Positions 9,893-19,626 are shown, counted from the stretch's first letter. The stretch is DNA of 64,000 bases from Verrucomicrobiota bacterium (GCA_038214755.1 JBBQRQ010000004.1:32001-96000), one strand, 5' to 3'. Notes: a model not told the origin generated them from the letters alone. Numbers and translations: made by a program.

Positions 9893-10948
9893 TCAAAATC
9901 CATTCAGCAAATCGATCAACTGACGCAAACGCCCGTATTGTCTGCGATCAAACCCAAAAGCGATTCGCTGCAACTCGACCAAATCATTATCCTCCCGTTC
10001 CTCCGCTGTCGCCTCGATCACGTGCATTTTTTCTCCGCTGATGATGTCGGCGAAATCCTCATTCAATCCTTCGAGGGCGGCCTCCGATGGCGCGCGTTTG
10101 AGCCGCAGAATAAAAAGGTCTTTGACAAACCGGCTCGAATGATAGTTGCGATAGAAACGCGAAATCCATTTCACCGCTTGATCCGCGTCATCGGTGATTT
10201 GATAAAGATGCAAATCGTCGGGCGAAATCAGTTGGTCGCGCAATAAATGTTCGCGGACATTTTTGTCCCACGTTTTCCAATAAGTGCCGCCCGGTTTGTC
10301 CATCAAGACCAGCGGCATGAGGCGATGCTTGCCGGTCTGCATCAGCGTGATGGCTTCGTAACCTTCGTCGAGCGTGCCGAAGCCGCCGGGAAATAAAACA
10401 AACGCATCGGAGTGCCGGACAAAAGTCAGTTTGCGTGTGAAAAAATATTTGAAGGTCACCAACTTTTTATCTTTGTCGATGATCGGGTTCGCGCCTTGCT
10501 CCCAAGGCAGACGAATGTTCGCGCCAAAACTTTTTTCCAGTCCCGCGCCTTCGTGTCCGGCCTGCATGATTCCCGGCCCCGCGCCGGTGATAACCATGTA
10601 ACCGGCCGCGACAATTTTCCGCGCGAAATCCACCGCCTGCATATATTCCTGCTTCGTCGGCAACGTCCGCGCCGAACCGAAAATCGTCACCTTGCGCGTT
10701 TCGTGATAGGGAGCAAACAAACGAAAGGCGTAACGGAGTTCGCGCACCGCCGTGCGGATGACCCGCACGTCCCCGCGATCTTTCACATCGGTCAAAAGTT
10801 TCAGCGCATTGACGATGATGTCCTCGACGTGATCGGGATTATAACCGCCGCCTTTGAAAGCGATCAGGTCTTGAATCCGCTTTTTCAATTCGGGATCGAC
10901 GGGTGTTTTTTCCAACTTTTCGCCCGGTGTTCTTTCTAACTTGTCCAT
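9893..10948 (-). CDS. LOG / TIGR00730-like nucleotide-binding protein
   Basis: VTIFGSAR, TGAGPGIM, PGGFGTLDE. Confidence 0.9.
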   Translation of the reverse strand: MDKLERTPGEKLEKTPVDPELKKRIQDLIAFKGGGYNPDHVEDIIVNALKLLTDVKDRGDVRVIRTAVRELRYAFRLFAPYHETRKVTIFGSARTLPTKQEYMQAVDFARKIVAAGYMVITGAGPGIMQAGHEGAGLEKSFGANIRLPWEQGANPIIDKDKKLVTFKYFFTRKLTFVRHSDAFVLFPGGFGTLDEGYEAITLMQTGKHRLMPLVLMDKPGGTYWKTWDKNVREHLLRDQLISPDDLHLYQITDDADQAVKWISRFYRNYHSSRFVKDLFILRLKRAPSEAALEGLNEDFADIISGEKMHVIEATAEEREDNDLVELQRIAFGFDRRQYGRLRQLIDLLNGF

Positions 10949-11033
10949 CGCGGGAGAGTAGCGGGGCAGGAGGCAAAAGCAACTTCACAGAACTCAGGAG
11001 AGATTTCGCCGAAAGAAAATTTCGGGCATTGAA

Positions 11034-11128
11034 CCCATGAACCGTAGCCGCCGACGTGGGGAGGCGGACTTGACTTGGCGTGCGAGGTTCCACCTTCTCA
11101 GGTCGGCGGCTACCGGCAGGTTCGTGGG
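11034..11128. repeat. Family A REP pair wrapped by CCCATGAACC/GGTTCGTGGG inverted ends
   Basis: GTAG at 11044 to CTAC at 11113; 10-bp outer inverted repeat with 1 mismatch. Confidence 0.75.
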
Positions 11129-11249
11129 TAGAGTTTGGAGCGCCGAGCATTGCTCAGTAATGGCAGTTAACGGCAAACTATAATCACTCCGCGTTGAGCC
11201 ATCGTTGTTGCGCGCGTCGGAAATCTTCTGTTAATTGTCACTCCATTTT

Positions 11250-11333
11250 GCGCGAGTGGTGAAATGGCAGACACGCCAGACTTAGGATCTGGTCCCGCAA
11301 GGGGTGGAGGTTCAAGTCCTCTCTCGCGCACCA
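11250..11333 (+). tRNA. tRNA-Leu(TAG)
   Basis: GCGCGAG acceptor stem, CCAGA-CT-TAG-GA-TCTGG anticodon arm, long variable arm, GGTTCAAGTCC, encoded CCA. Confidence 0.97.
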
Positions 11334-11346
11334 AATTGCCAACTTC

Positions 11347-11465
11347 AAACACCAAACTTCAAACACCAAACACCAAACACCAAACACCAAACACCAAACA
11401 CCAAACACCAAACACCAAACACCAAACACCAAACACCAAACACCAAACACCAAACACCAAACATC
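11347..11465 (+). repeat. Heptamer tandem array (AAACACC)n
   Basis: 14 perfect units at 11361-11458 plus degenerate flanking units. Confidence 0.97.
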
Positions 11466-11467
11466 AA

Positions 11468-12481
11468 TCACCTGTTCGCCCGGGTTTGCGCAGCGATGGT
11501 TTCCAAGTCAACGAGCGTGGCACGGCCTTTGGATTTCTTCACTAAATCGCAAATCAATTCAATCGCTTTGAATTCTGGATCGCTGGGATAAAGCACCGCC
11601 GGATGCGCGAGAAAGTCGTAAACCTCTCCGTGCGCAATCGCCCATTCGACCCCGAGGCGAATCGCTTTCAGAAAATCAGCGAGCTTCCATTTGCCATTTC
11701 GAAAAGCGCCGATATCGCTGATCGGACTCATCGGAATATCAATCAAGCCGCTGGGATAAATAAATGGTTGCGCGTCGTTTTGCGCTCGAATGATATCGTC
11801 GAAAACTTTCTTGGTTGGCGCTGAGCCGGGATCGCCATACAAGTGCGCCGGATATTTGCAACTGATCCATTTGAAACCCAAATCCAAAAACATCTGTTGC
11901 ACGTCCGGGGTCGGAGTGAGTCCGTCGGCAAAACCGCCCGGCGTGCGAAAACCGGCTGGCTCAATTCCCAGCCGCGATTTGATCGCGGCGCTCGCCATCT
12001 GAATATTTTCGCGAATGACATCCAGCGGCTTCTTTCCCTCGACCAGCCACGGCGCGCGTTTGAAAATGTATTGAACTTCATCCAGCGTTTTTGCCCGGAC
12101 AAAAACGTGATCGTAGGTGTGGTTGCCAATGCGATGGCCCATCGCCAAAATTTCTTTGAGCCAATCGACGTTCTCCTGCTCCAGCGCGCGACCAACCAGA
12201 AAAAAATGGATGATGCCGCCATGAGCTTTCACGCGTCGCGCTGCTTCAACCGCGTATGTTTTTGTTTCGTCATTGAGATTTCCCTTTTCATAATCCCAAT
12301 GCGTGTCGTCCCAGTTCGGAAAATTTCGCGCCATTTCCAAATCAAGAGTGATGGCGATGAGCGCCTTCTTCGCCGGATTTTTTTTCTGTTCCTGCGCAAA
12401 CAGTTTTTCGCCGAGAGCAATTCCGCTCGTAGCCAGCGCGGAAGTTTTCAAAAAATCGCGTCGCGAAAAAACGGGTAGCAT
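11468..12481 (-). CDS. Tat-exported polysaccharide deacetylase family protein
   Basis: SRRDFLK twin-arginine signal; ITLDLE, GNHTYDH, GFRTPGG. Confidence 0.85.
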   Translation of the reverse strand: MLPVFSRRDFLKTSALATSGIALGEKLFAQEQKKNPAKKALIAITLDLEMARNFPNWDDTHWDYEKGNLNDETKTYAVEAARRVKAHGGIIHFFLVGRALEQENVDWLKEILAMGHRIGNHTYDHVFVRAKTLDEVQYIFKRAPWLVEGKKPLDVIRENIQMASAAIKSRLGIEPAGFRTPGGFADGLTPTPDVQQMFLDLGFKWISCKYPAHLYGDPGSAPTKKVFDDIIRAQNDAQPFIYPSGLIDIPMSPISDIGAFRNGKWKLADFLKAIRLGVEWAIAHGEVYDFLAHPAVLYPSDPEFKAIELICDLVKKSKGRATLVDLETIAAQTRANR

Positions 12482-12576
12482 CTGCCTCCAGCGGGTGCGA
12501 AGAGAGGAATTTTTCAAGAGCGCTTTCACAAAATTATTTCGAGTTTTGCAGGCGAGTGGTGGTTTCAATCTCCGCT

Positions 12577-12677
12577 AAAGCGCCAGAGGACTGGCGCACT
12601 CTAAGACGCTTCGCGCCATTCCAAACGGATTGTCCAGCGCGCGAGCGTCTTGGAGTGCGGTAGTCCTCTACCGCTTT
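12577..12677. repeat. REP-like pair, family C (AAAGCGCCAGAGGACTGGCGCACTC...GACGC)
   Basis: Inverted pair; close relative at 23625-23731. Confidence 0.8.
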
Positions 12678-12738
12678 TCCCAGCGTTCATCCAACCTTTG
12701 CGGACTGTTTCCATGAAATTGATTTTGAAACTCGCCTT

Positions 12739-13821
12739 TTATTTTTGCCCAACACTCGCCCGCGAAACCCCGGCGCTACCCTCGAACTTGATCCACGAAA
12801 TCTGCGTCACCAGTTGATTGAGCGACGCAAAGGAAATGTGCGCGCTCGTCGTGAATCGCGGAGTAGCTGCGGCAGGAAATGTCGCCAGCGTCGTATCGCC
12901 GACGAGAAAGACATTAAAGTCTTTGGAGAGATTTTCATAACCCGCGCAGGTTCGCGCGTAGCACATGTCCGCCGCATAACCGGTGAGCAGCACGTGACGA
13001 ATTCCATTTCCCTGAAGAAACTTTTTCAGCGCGGGATAACCTTCGCCGTCATAAATGATCACATCCGCGGGATCGAGATCGATGTCGGTCGTCACTGGGA
13101 TCGGCAGTTCCCAAAATCCTTTGGGATCATATTTGTCGCCCGCATCCAAACCGGGAAACTGTTTGAAATAATCGATGACCGGTGTCTCGCGCGACAATTT
13201 GAGGGAAGCGGGGAGCGGTTCGCCGCGATAAACAAAACCGGTCAGTTTCGCTTTCAACTCTTTTGCGCCCTCCTTCCGTTCCGTTTCCGGCGGTGATCCT
13301 TTGAACGAGCGATACAATTTTTTCCGAATCGGATCCTCATTGCCGGGGAGGCTGAGCAAAACCAACGAAACTTTTCCGCGCATCGATTTCAGAAAAGGAT
13401 TGATGACATTATGCGTGTGCTGGGCAGCGAGATGATTTTTTTGCGGCGTGCAAAAATCCGCGACACCCGCCGGATCCGGGGTGTCCCATCCTTGCCCATC
13501 ATCAATCCCCCACGGATGAACCATGATGACCGCCGTCTCTTTGGCGCGCAATCGGTTCGGCATTTCGATGATGCCGCGAGCGTTGTAGGAAAATCGCCAG
13601 GCGCGCACCGACAAATCGGCGTCTGCGTCATCGACGAGAATCGGCGCTTCGAAACGGTTGGTCTCGCGGATCGGCTCGACCCATTCTGGATCGTCGGCGA
13701 GGAGAGGCTGGGGATTTTTAATTGGCGTCAGGGTGTTTTGATAAAGACGCGTTTCATCGGCGGGCGCAGCCAACCCGCTCGCCAAAAAGCACAGCGCGCA
13801 AATTTTTGCGAGTGGCTTCAT
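12739..13821 (-). CDS. Exported protein with isochorismatase/cysteine-hydrolase-like fold
   Basis: Signal peptide MKPLAKICALC; HVLLTGYAADMC...NVFLVGDTT resembles the cysteine hydrolase C-terminus. Confidence 0.6.
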   Translation of the reverse strand: MKPLAKICALCFLASGLAAPADETRLYQNTLTPIKNPQPLLADDPEWVEPIRETNRFEAPILVDDADADLSVRAWRFSYNARGIIEMPNRLRAKETAVIMVHPWGIDDGQGWDTPDPAGVADFCTPQKNHLAAQHTHNVINPFLKSMRGKVSLVLLSLPGNEDPIRKKLYRSFKGSPPETERKEGAKELKAKLTGFVYRGEPLPASLKLSRETPVIDYFKQFPGLDAGDKYDPKGFWELPIPVTTDIDLDPADVIIYDGEGYPALKKFLQGNGIRHVLLTGYAADMCYARTCAGYENLSKDFNVFLVGDTTLATFPAAATPRFTTSAHISFASLNQLVTQISWIKFEGSAGVSRASVGQK

Positions 13822-14026
13822 CGTTGGCGATTGAAGATCGCCGGCGAACTTTTTTGAATTTGCGGTGGTGAACATGGAAGAGAGTTACCAATTCGGTGTG
13901 ACCATCGCGAGACGAATTTGAGTCGGCTCCTCCCTTCGACGAAATCAGGTCGTCCGAAATCAGTCTGTAATTCTTTGATTCAAAGCTCGCCTCACCCAAA
14001 GCGGCGGGATAACGTCTGGACGCTCA

Positions 14027-15772
14027 ATGAAGTTCCCTCTGAAACGTAACGCAATGTTGATTCTCACCTTGGTCGGTTTCCTTGCCTATGAGGCTCACGC
14101 GCAACCGGCCAACGATAATTTCGCGAACCGGGAAACAATTATCGGAACAAATATTTTGGGAACGTTGGCCGGGTCAACGAGTGAAGCGGGCGAACCGATG
14201 TTGCCTGGAATTTCGACCGGACAAACCGCGTGGTGGACTTGGACTGCGCCTTCAAATGGGATCGTGACGCTGAATGTCAGCGCGACAAATTTTAATCCGC
14301 TGCTCACAGTGTATGCCGGGAGCAATGTCGAACACCTCTCACTGGTCGCGAGTAATAATTTTCTCGCCTGCTATTCCGGCGGGTGCGGCTGCAACTGGCG
14401 AATGCGCAACTCCACGAGCTTTCACGTCGCACGTGGGCAGGCTTATCAAATCGCGATCGATTCTGCTCTGTTCACGGACAGCCATTTCGTTGTCCCAAGC
14501 GTCCCGTATGTCAGATCAACGAATTTCTTTGCACCTGGTTCCGTTCCAACTCTCGATATCTTGGAGCGTGAAGCCGCCCAGACAACGAACGTATTTGTTC
14601 CTGATTCGGGGCAAACAACGAATATCCTTGCTGGGGAAGCCTTGAACGTGAGCTTTCAATTTACGCCCGCACCTCCCAACGATTATTTCGCCGGCCGCAT
14701 TCGGATGCGCGGTTCCCGATTTCATTTCAATGCATCTAACTCAGGAGCCGGGAAGGAATCCGGCGAGCCTGATCATTTCGGAAATCGTGGCGGAAGTTCT
14801 GTTTGGTATTCCTGGACTGCACCTGCCTCAGGCCGAGTCACTCTTTCGGTTAATAACATTCCACCCTATCTACCGCCAAGCTGGTACGGATGGTCCGGAT
14901 GGTACGGATACCACGAAATGATAAATCTATTTAGTTTTTGCGGCTATGAAGTGGATCAAAATCCGCCTCCGCAATTTTTCCCCGTGTTCGCCGTTTACAC
15001 CGGCACATCCGTCGATTCTTTGGTTTCCGTAAATGCGTTGCCGCTGGCGTTGAGCGATTATCCTCACGCCATCTCCTTTGATGCGATCAAAGGCCGCGCC
15101 TACCAAATCGCTTTCGATGGCAATCAAGGGACAACCGGTGAAACGCCTTTGTATCTCGCGCTCACCACTCCGGCGATCAATGACAACTTTGAACGACGCA
15201 TCCCGGTGCGCGGAATTTATATCGTCGCCACCGGCTACAACGCGGGCGCGACTCGCCAAACCAATGAACCTGCGCCGCAAGATGGTTCCGTTGGGAAAAG
15301 TGTCTGGTGGTCATGGCGCGCGCCAGTCAGCGGAACGGTTTCCATCGACGCCTCTGCCAGTGAGTCTCAATTTCCAATCAGCGTTTTCACGGGCGCGCGT
15401 CTCTCCACTCTGCACACAGTCGCGCGCTCTACCGACAGCGCTCTGACCTTCGAGGCAGTCGCCGGACAGACCTATCAAATTTCCGTCGAAGATTTTTCCG
15501 GTCTGACTGGCGCGATTAAATTCAAACTGCAAGCGCCGGTGGTTGAAGTGCCATTGTCCCGACGCCTCGGCTCATCCAGAATTGTGTCGCTGGTTTATCC
15601 CGCTCGACCCGGGCAGGTCATCCTTTTGCAACGATCACCCGACGGACAAAACTGGAGCGATATGCAGAAAGGAACGGCGCATTGGAATCGGGTGGAATTC
15701 ATTGTGAAGCAGGACGGGATTGCCAATCGGTTTTTTTATCGCGCGATCATCGTGGACAATTTCTTTTTCTGA
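14027..15772 (+). CDS. Secreted protein with three PxNDxF...WxxWxAPxxGxV repeat domains and a C-terminal FFYR domain
   Basis: Signal peptide; repeats PANDNF, PPNDYF, AINDNF, each followed by W-x-AP-x-(S/N)G-x-V. Confidence 0.75.
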   Translation: MKFPLKRNAMLILTLVGFLAYEAHAQPANDNFANRETIIGTNILGTLAGSTSEAGEPMLPGISTGQTAWWTWTAPSNGIVTLNVSATNFNPLLTVYAGSNVEHLSLVASNNFLACYSGGCGCNWRMRNSTSFHVARGQAYQIAIDSALFTDSHFVVPSVPYVRSTNFFAPGSVPTLDILEREAAQTTNVFVPDSGQTTNILAGEALNVSFQFTPAPPNDYFAGRIRMRGSRFHFNASNSGAGKESGEPDHFGNRGGSSVWYSWTAPASGRVTLSVNNIPPYLPPSWYGWSGWYGYHEMINLFSFCGYEVDQNPPPQFFPVFAVYTGTSVDSLVSVNALPLALSDYPHAISFDAIKGRAYQIAFDGNQGTTGETPLYLALTTPAINDNFERRIPVRGIYIVATGYNAGATRQTNEPAPQDGSVGKSVWWSWRAPVSGTVSIDASASESQFPISVFTGARLSTLHTVARSTDSALTFEAVAGQTYQISVEDFSGLTGAIKFKLQAPVVEVPLSRRLGSSRIVSLVYPARPGQVILLQRSPDGQNWSDMQKGTAHWNRVEFIVKQDGIANRFFYRAIIVDNFFF

Positions 15773-15861
15773 GAGCCGCCCGTCTGGAATCGGCGTTCCA
15801 AAGGCCAGGGCGATTTCCGATTTTCCCGACGGAACAAATTTTTCGCCAGAGGTTGCGCTGG

Positions 15862-18800
15862 TCATTCCAAGGCGCCGGAGCGCAGAGCATTGCTCTGCGT
15901 GGAATTCTGCGGAGCGATGTTCCGCGCTCCTTTGATCGGTTTCTCACTCTGCAAATAAGCAAATAAATCGCGCCGTTCCTGTGGCGTGAGTCCATGCATC
16001 AAACCTTCCGGCATTAGTGAAATTCCCGATTGACGCATCGAAATAATTTTATCGCGATTAATAATGGTTCGTTCGTTTTTCGCGGCGACGAGCGTAACGC
16101 CATTCGCATTTTGCTCCGCGATCAACCCATTCAAAATCCGGCCATCGCTCGTCTCGACATTGTAGTTGAGAAATTCTTTTCGTATGACCGCGTTGGGATC
16201 GACGATACTGGTTAATAAAAAATCTTTGTCCGCTCGATTCGCGTGCGTCAGTTCCGGTCCAACCTTTTCGCCTTCCCCAAAAAGCTCGTGACATTGAGCG
16301 CAGGTCTTCAAAAAAACTTCCCGCCCATTTTTCGCGTCGCCCGGAAATGCGCGCAGGTCGTTGTTGAAGCGGCGGATGTCCGCAAGTTTTTCTTCGGGGG
16401 TGCCGCGGCCAATGTTTCCCCAATGTTTGCGCACCAGCGCGTCGAGTTCGTTGTCGTCCAACGTCGCGACTTTTTGCAACTGGTCCAACGGAAGTTCACT
16501 GGCGTTGAAACGTCCCGAATCGACTCCTTTTAAAAATGGCGTAGCCCAAAGTCTGCGGCTGAGAAAAACATCGCGCGCTTTGCCGCGGACGCGTGGGGTC
16601 ATTGCCGGATAGTTCAAAAGCAGGCCATCAATTTCCGCGTTGGGAATTTGTTGAATCGCGTCGAGCGCGGCCAACTGAATCACCTCCGGCTGACTCAGCG
16701 CGCCAAGACGGAGAAGGACCTTCAGGGCCGCCGGGTTCGCCGAGTCGCCGATCAGTTGAAGCATCGCCACTCTCAATTCGGTCGGGCTTTTCGTATCTTC
16801 GGCCAAGGTTAGCGCACGGTTCCAGGCCGGTCCGTCGCCGAGGCGTGAGAGCAATCGCAGCACGGTTTCATTTTTCGTTGCGTCACTCCATTGCGAGGTG
16901 AGTTGTTTTTGCAAAGTGGGCGGAAGTTTCTCAAGGGTTGAAATTCGTTGGGCGTTGGGCTGCTCGCGAAAACCTTGCTCGAGTGCAACCAACATTAGTT
17001 GCCGCACTTTATCCGGCGAAGTTTCAAGCAGCCGCGCGCACGCTGCCAAAGTTTTCTCGCTCGCATCCGCCGCGTAACGGCGCATCAGCCGAGGCAAAAT
17101 GATTTCGCGAATCAACGCCGACTGCCACGCCTCGCTCGATGTAAACAAATTGACAGTTTCATCAACCGCCGCGACGGAATGATTTTCCACCGCCCACCAC
17201 AGCAGCAATGGAATGTGCGGATCAGTCGCGTCGAGATTTCGGAGCGCGACTTTTTGAGCGAGCACCAGGCCCATTTTGGCGGGCAGACGTTTGGCGGCGG
17301 AAGCGAGTTGGCTCCGCACGCGCACGTCGGTTTCATGCGCCGCAACCTTCAAAAGATTTTCGCAGCTTGTCGGGGAAATTTTCTCTTCATCGCCGAGAAA
17401 GCGGACGGCCCAATAGCGGATTTTCGGGGAGGAATGTTCGAGTGCATCGTTCAGAAAAGATTCGTCCGCGCCGCCACTGGCGTAGAGCGCCCAAAAACTT
17501 TCGAGCGCAAGATGTTCATCCTTCGTTTCAAAAATTTGCGCGCGCAGTTTTGGAAAGGTTGCAGCATCGCGGCGGTCGGCGAGAACGCGGCGCGCTTTGC
17601 GGACAAACCAATCGTTTTTGCTGGAGAGAAGTTCGATGAGTTGCGCGCTGGAAAGTTTGGTTAAATCCTTCGTAGGAGCCGAGGTGAGGAGGCTCTGATT
17701 AGTTTCAGGATTTGAAGTGAGCCTCCTCACGTCGGCTCCTACGATTTCGGTTTTTGAAATCCGCCTCCTCACGTCGGCGGCTACGCGATAGATGCGTCCG
17801 TTGCTCCGGTCCCATTCGGCGTCGGGATCGGGGTGGGCGGTGCGTTTGTCGAACCAGTCGGCGACGTAAAGCGCGCCGTCCGGGCCCATCGTCAAATCGG
17901 TGGGCGCAAACCAGGTGTCATTTGGATTCAACAATTCTCCGCCGTAACTCGCTGTGAAAGTTGAACCAAATTTTTCCATGTTGTGAACTTGCACGGTGTG
18001 GCCGAGCAGATCGTTGGCGATATATTTGCCGCGAAATTTTTCTGGAAACGAATCGCCTTGATAAATAATTCCGCCATCGGTCACGTGGCCGCCGGTGAAA
18101 TTTTTATAGGGAATATGGTCAAAATATCCGTAGGCGTAAGGATTGTGCAGCTCGCCGTGTTTGCCAAAACTTTTCCAGTAATAGCCGCCTTGCACGCCGT
18201 GCAAGTTTCGATTCGGGCCAAGGTTGGTCGAGTAAATCAAATTTCCATCTTCATCAAAATCGAGTCCCCAGGAATTTCCGCCGCCTTCGCAAAAAAGCTC
18301 AAACCGTTTTGAAAGTGGGTGATAACGCCAGACGCCTTGTTGAAATTCGATGCCGCGAATATTGGCCGTCACCGTGCTGCCCTGACAACCGTAGAGCCAG
18401 CCATCCGGACCCCACGCCAGCGAGTTGGCGACGGAATGCGCGTCTTCCATTCCGAAGCCGGTGAGCAAAACTTCGGGATCGGAATCAGGAATGTCGTCGT
18501 GATTTTTGTCGGGATAAAAAAGTAAATAAGGAACCTGCACAACGAAAACTCCGCCGTGACCGAAGGCGAGTCCGCTGGCGAGATTCAATCCGCTGATGAA
18601 ATCTTTTGATTGGTAATGTGCTGCCGAGATCCTCTCGGCAGAGGTTGCGTCAGATTTTGCGCTCTTGCTCTTGGAAGGATCCTCATTGGCGGCATCGCGT
18701 TTTTCTTCCGAGAGGATCTCGGCAGCACTTTCGACTCGTTCCAAAATCGTGATACGATCCGCGCCTTTCGGTCCGCGCGGCGGTGGGTCGGGGATTTTGT

Positions 18801-19098
18801 CGTAAGTTGTCCGAGAGAAACGATCCACTTTCGCGCGATTCAATCCAGCAGGATTGGGATATTGCAAATATTGAATGACCCAGAGCCGCCCGCGATCATC
18901 GAACTCAATGCCAACCGGTTGCGCGATCATCGGCTCGCTGGCGACGAGTTCGACTTTGAATCCATCGGCGACGGACATTTTCTGAACCGCTTCAGAAGGT
19001 TTGTAGCCCTGGGCGAAGATGGAAAAATTTCCTGCAAGCAAAGTGATTCCAAGGGGAAGAAACCTGAAATGTGAAACGAAAAATGCCGATGGGTTCAC
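15862..19098 (-). CDS. PVC-type membrane-bound dehydrogenase-like protein (beta-propeller + HEAT repeats + CxxCH heme domain)
   Basis: LVASEPMIAQPV.IEFDDRGRLWV, WGPDGWLYG, CAQCH, GPELT, SLMPEGL; start GTG at 19098 is an estimate. Confidence 0.85.
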   Translation of the reverse strand: MNPSAFFVSHFRFLPLGITLLAGNFSIFAQGYKPSEAVQKMSVADGFKVELVASEPMIAQPVGIEFDDRGRLWVIQYLQYPNPAGLNRAKVDRFSRTTYDKIPDPPPRGPKGADRITILERVESAAEILSEEKRDAANEDPSKSKSAKSDATSAERISAAHYQSKDFISGLNLASGLAFGHGGVFVVQVPYLLFYPDKNHDDIPDSDPEVLLTGFGMEDAHSVANSLAWGPDGWLYGCQGSTVTANIRGIEFQQGVWRYHPLSKRFELFCEGGGNSWGLDFDEDGNLIYSTNLGPNRNLHGVQGGYYWKSFGKHGELHNPYAYGYFDHIPYKNFTGGHVTDGGIIYQGDSFPEKFRGKYIANDLLGHTVQVHNMEKFGSTFTASYGGELLNPNDTWFAPTDLTMGPDGALYVADWFDKRTAHPDPDAEWDRSNGRIYRVAADVRRRISKTEIVGADVRRLTSNPETNQSLLTSAPTKDLTKLSSAQLIELLSSKNDWFVRKARRVLADRRDAATFPKLRAQIFETKDEHLALESFWALYASGGADESFLNDALEHSSPKIRYWAVRFLGDEEKISPTSCENLLKVAAHETDVRVRSQLASAAKRLPAKMGLVLAQKVALRNLDATDPHIPLLLWWAVENHSVAAVDETVNLFTSSEAWQSALIREIILPRLMRRYAADASEKTLAACARLLETSPDKVRQLMLVALEQGFREQPNAQRISTLEKLPPTLQKQLTSQWSDATKNETVLRLLSRLGDGPAWNRALTLAEDTKSPTELRVAMLQLIGDSANPAALKVLLRLGALSQPEVIQLAALDAIQQIPNAEIDGLLLNYPAMTPRVRGKARDVFLSRRLWATPFLKGVDSGRFNASELPLDQLQKVATLDDNELDALVRKHWGNIGRGTPEEKLADIRRFNNDLRAFPGDAKNGREVFLKTCAQCHELFGEGEKVGPELTHANRADKDFLLTSIVDPNAVIRKEFLNYNVETSDGRILNGLIAEQNANGVTLVAAKNERTIINRDKIISMRQSGISLMPEGLMHGLTPQERRDLFAYLQSEKPIKGARNIAPQNSTQSNALRSGALE

Positions 19099-19188
19099 GG
19101 CGAGAGTTTCGGCCGAATAATTTTCAGCCGCGAGAAAATTTTTAGGGGAACCTGCCGTCGCCTTTACGCCGCCAGTAAAAGCGGGAAA

Positions 19189-19353
19189 ATGGCGAAGGAA
19201 TTTTTGCCGGAGATTAATCGAAAATTCACGGTGGAGGCGCGAGGCAAAGCGGACTGGCCTCGGGCGCGTCCTAAAAACCTGGCGGAGATCTTGGCGCGCG
19301 AACAGGCGCGGGTGGTGGGGCGGGACTGGACGGGGAGAGTGGTTGGAGATTAA
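19189..19353 (+). pseudogene. Possible transposase fragment (ISNCY/IS481-like C-terminal part)
   Basis: Manual translation MAKEFLPEINRKFTVEARGKADWPRARPKNLAEILAREQARVVGRDWT resembles the FLPxxNxxF...LxxIL...RxVxxDWT pattern, recalled from memory. Confidence 0.45.
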
Positions 19354-19626
19354 GAGTTTTGAGGGTGTGATAAAAAGCGGGTGAGGCGGGATTTGGTTTC
19401 CTTGGAGAGCGCCGGCATGACGCCGCTTTTCCAGCACGTTACGCGAATGGAGCCAGCGCTCAAAATGAACCTTCCCGGCTTTTCCATCGGGCCGCCAAAG
19501 CGGGGACGTGTCCCCGCAGTCCAAAATAAGTTTGGTTCCAACCTCACCCACTTTTAATCACACCCTGGTTTTGATAACTCTCATGTTTTGGATTGAAAAC
19601 CCATGCCTTCGTTTTACGCTGGGCGG

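Noticed and set aside
11347..11465. CRISPR array or real ORFs (QTPNTKH / CLVFGVW repeats)
   Set aside because: Pure 7-bp tandem with no spacers; the ORFs are by-products; no cas genes in the window.
12516..12738. Second MITE enclosing the family-C REP pair
   Set aside because: Outer ends are only loosely complementary and no target duplication is discernible.
19099..19551. N-terminal 150 aa of the 1229-aa ORF
   Set aside because: Reads through repeats and an opposite-strand relic; the signal peptide starts near 19098.
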